This document shows positions 38,755-42,120 of a stretch of 42,120 nucleotides of DNA, one piece after another. The first letter of the stretch is position 1; the number at the start of each line of letters is the position of its first letter. The stretch comes from Eledone cirrhosa (taxonomy: Eukaryota), in the NCBI GenBank assembly GCA_964016885.1, contig CAXHJY010000609.1, forward strand, positions 1-42,120. Reading direction: 5' to 3'. A program made the position numbers and the translations under genes. Below the pieces are notes generated by a model. The model had not been told where the DNA came from. It did not search any database and worked only from the letters and a program-made list of their open reading frames with translations.

Positions 38755-39000
38755 TAGGGGTAGTAGTGGTGGTGGCGGTGGCGGTGGTAGGGGTAGTACT
38801 AGTGGTGGTGGTAGGGGTAGTAATGGTGGCGGTGGTAGGGGTAGTACTAGTAGTGGTGGTGGTGGTGGTACTAGTAGTGGTAGTGGCAGTAGTACTAGTG
38901 GGGAAGGTGGCAGTAATGGTGGTGGTGGCAGTAGTACTAGTGGTCGTGGTGACAGTAGTAGTTGTGGTGGTGGCAGTAGTAGTGGTGGTGGTGGCAGTAA

Positions 39001-39045
<45 letters not shown>

Positions 39046-39067
39046 CAGTAGTAGTGGTGGTGGGGGC

Positions 39068-39120
<53 letters not shown>

Positions 39121-39140
39121 AGGTGGTAGTGGTGTTGTTG
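38755..39140. repeat. (GTA)n/(GTG)n compound triplet repeat
   Basis: Direct reading. Confidence 0.95.
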
Positions 39141-39596
39141 TTTCACGGTGGAGTAGTACCAGCCGAAGGGTGCCGGGGAATGAAAGCCACACCAAGAAAT
39201 AAACAAACAAAAAAAACTCCAACAAATAAAAACAAACAAAAATTAAAGCAATAAACAAAATCAAACAACAAAAGAAAACAGGAAGTTCAAAGCAACCGGA
39301 AGTATGTCATGCAAACTTTCCACTGCCCCACGGCAAGGAAATTTATCACTATTTTACACAAGTATTCTTGTAATAATGGCAATTATATCTAACATCGGCA
39401 CACGGCCAGGAGTGATAAAGAGAGGGAAATAAAGTCAAATACACCAGTAGTAGTAGTAGTAGTAGTAGTGATAGCGGTTGTTGTTTTTGTAGTGGTAGTT
39501 GTAGTAGTAGTATTTGTTGAGTAGGAAAGTCGGAAGAGAATATTGTAGTCAAAGACGGTAGCAATGAAATTTGTGATTGAAGTTCGATCTACTTAC

Positions 39597-39681
39597 CATC
39601 AATAGAAAATTTGATTGTTTCGTTAAATGTGTAATCAGGATCGTAAGCTTCGATCGTTGGCTCTACAGCTAAGACTGATCC
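39597..39681 (-). CDS. Exon of a cadherin-repeat protein (first half of repeat)
   Basis: TTCTTCTTGTTTCTTGCAG acceptor, GTAAGT donor; 85 nt = GSVLAVEPTIEAYDPDYTFNETIKFSID plus 1 nt; AxDxD Ca-binding motif and N..IxFSI; ends phase 1, matching exon 8499. Confidence 0.88.
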
Positions 39682-39719
39682 CTGCAAGAAACAAGAAGAA
39701 TAACATTAACAACAACAAC

Positions 39720-40335
39720 AATAAGGGTTTCTGATATATGCACAAGGTCAACAGTTCACCACACAATCGCCTTCGCTATGCCCACCAGACTGGTGAAAAT
39801 TGCCCGCCTTCACGACTAAATGAAGATGGCGGCAGTGCTATCTTCATGATGCACTCAGTCAATAGCCGGCTCCGTCTTATCCGTGTTCGAAATAGTTCCA
39901 CAAACCAGCCATGCTCGGACACTGGACGAATGCATGCCTGGCGGTTTCGGGGATTATTTAAAGAAACAATGCCTATAATAAAATGTGTTATCAAACTCAT
40001 TCAAAACGTTGCAGACAAATATTACACGCCCCCCCCCCCCCTGCTACTAAACTACAGCCGTCATTCACAATGGAATACGACTTGGTAGTATGTACCGTAC
40101 TTTTGCCAAAGGCTTTAGGTGTTAATGTAGTTGCGAGGTGACGCAAACAGGCTTTCGACGGTTTCTCCCGCCCTTGATCCAACGGATCATCCAGAATGTG
40201 ACAGCTGGAAGGAAAGGGTACTGCACCACCAGTTTCCTCATACACCATTCATCGATCTCGAAACGATGAAAGGCAAAGTGGACATCGGTGAGATTCGAAG
40301 TCAGGGACCCGGAACAAATACCTAACGCCCGCCAT
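39720..40335 (-). mobile_element. Old SINE (ends at ~39720-39760 and ~40250-40335) interrupted by unassigned sequence
   Basis: GCACAAGGTCAAC at left; ATCGA..GATGAAAGGCAAAGTGGAC.TCGG.GAGATTCGAA at right. Confidence 0.6.
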
Positions 40336-40786
40336 ATCTACAATATGGCCATACAAACTTTGCGCACATACCTCAGGACTTATACAAGATGTACTGAATA
40401 TACTATTAGTAGACATTGCAAACAATAGTCCGTATACCTCAGGACGTAGACATGGACACAATACACTATATACAGCAGTCTTAGACACTGCCAATATGTG
40501 AAACCAATAGAAAAATATCAGACAGAAAACTTCATTTGGTTGTTCACAGAAAACACACAATAGCAGTAAGACTGCATAACAATGATAATAATAATATTAA
40601 TAATAATAATGATAATACTAATAATGATAATATTAATAATAATAATGACAATAATAATAATAGCTAGAAAAGAAGTAAAAGAAACTAGCAAGAGGAAATG
40701 GTTAATGGAATTGTATTTAGTAGAGAAATTGAAAACTTTATGAAACTAGTTATTTGGTTTCATATTTCTTCATTTTCAGTCAGTAA

Positions 40787-41116
40787 AAAATGGTGGAAAA
40801 ATAGCTCACTTCCATTTTCTGCTTAAATATCAATGGGAACTATGTATTATTAACACAACTATCACATGACAGAAGACTTGTTGGATTCGTGTCGTATTCT
40901 TGCTAGTCACATATGAAATATTATCTCTATGCATTTAACTGATTTCACTCAGATGTTTTTAACTGAACACTGAGAAATGGCGGAAAAATAGTTCCTCTCA
41001 TTTCATTCTTAAATATCAATGAAAATCTATTATTAGCACTATCATATGACCGAAAACTGAGTTTTGGGAGTTATTTATGTCACATTCCTGGTACTAACGT
41101 CTATGAAATATATCTT
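40787..41116. repeat. Diverged tandem duplication (~187-bp period)
   Basis: AAATGG.GGAAAAATAG..CTTAAATATCAATG..CTATCA.ATGAC.GAA..TATGAAATAT occurs twice. Confidence 0.75.
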
Positions 41117-41477
41117 ATTATAATTCTTGGTGTGTTTCGTCTATTTGAAACGCTTTCGTTACATACACACACATCTACACGTAAATACATACATAGATAC
41201 AGACAACAGAAGTGCATATCACACACACACATACGCGCGCGCACACACACACACATGCACACACACACCCATGCACACACACACATGCACATTTACTCAT
41301 ACATATTCATAAATAGACACATTATACCAAATAATTATTATATGCACACACATCTATGTAATGATTGAGGAAAGAAGGGGCTGGTGAAACGCTTTAGTAA
41401 CAAGAGTTCCAAGATTAGCTACACCTGTGTGAATGTATGTGTGCTTCTGTGTTTATTTTTATATACTCATACATATA

Positions 41478-41620
41478 AATGTATACATATACACATACTA
41501 CAAATACACATACTACATATACACATATTACAAATACACATACTACATATACACATACTATATATACACATACTATATATACACATACTACATATACACA
41601 TACTACATATACACATATAC
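41478..41620. repeat. 15-bp minisatellite (ATATACACATACTAC)
   Basis: About 9 tandem units. Confidence 0.9.
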
Positions 41621-42120
41621 ACACGCAATGTAATTAATGTGTGTGTGTGTGTGTTCAGAGACAGGAGGAAATGAATGAGTAAGAGAGGTATATGGTTTTA
41701 GAGTAAGGTAGACTAAGACACCAGGAGAGAAGAGATAATATACAGATAGACGTCTCTTAAATAACACCTCTAAATGTTTTCGTCCGTGGTATTTCCATGG
41801 ATCCCGTTAGTTATTACTATTGCTTCTGAACGCTTCACATCCTGAAACTTTGCTCCGTAAGTTTGTTGTCTATTTACCTGTATCCAAAGTATTTTTTGTT
41901 GAACATTTGTTATTATTTTGTATTTAAACTCACCGGTACACCTGTGAGCTCGTTGATTTTTGCCCACCTGTAACCCTTAGGGGCCAAAATGGGTATGTTT
42001 ATCAAACACCCCACCAATTTTATTAAAAATAATATGGCGGACTGAAAAGTTAGTTTGCTAAAAGAAACAGCTGTTTTAATTGGTGGAATAGCTAAGGCCG
42101 AACATCCAGAAAGCAGCAGC

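Noticed and set aside
41770-41967. Possible upstream cadherin exon(s)
   Set aside because: Splice-like motifs occur on both strands but there is no cadherin motif or consistent frame.

Overview
Eukaryotic, very AT- and microsatellite-rich DNA, probably from an octopod cephalopod: the tRNA-derived SINEs and TTAA/CCCTTTAGCATT MITE resemble octopus repeats as I recall them, not checked by search. Almost all ORF-track entries are translations of simple repeats. The only host-gene signal is two short minus-strand exons the ORF track does not delineate (39681-39597, 8499-8405). They splice in phase into one cadherin-like repeat, so most of the window appears to be a ~31-kb intron. The window holds decayed retroelements (Neptune-type Penelope GIY-YIG fragment, three R4/Dong pieces, an L1/Tx1 3' end, RTE fragments), SINEs, MITEs and minisatellites. 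Structure not explained by the ORFs: (i) about 15 dispersed type-I hammerhead ribozyme modules of the Penelope kind, five with intact cores; (ii) about nine fold-back palindromes, one a head-to-head double hammerhead and two centred on hammerhead stem II; (iii) a ~3.2-kb inversion that split an R4/Dong copy and left an inverted duplication; (iv) a minisatellite grown from the Pol III A-box inside a TSD-bounded SINE. All folding and alignment was done by eye.
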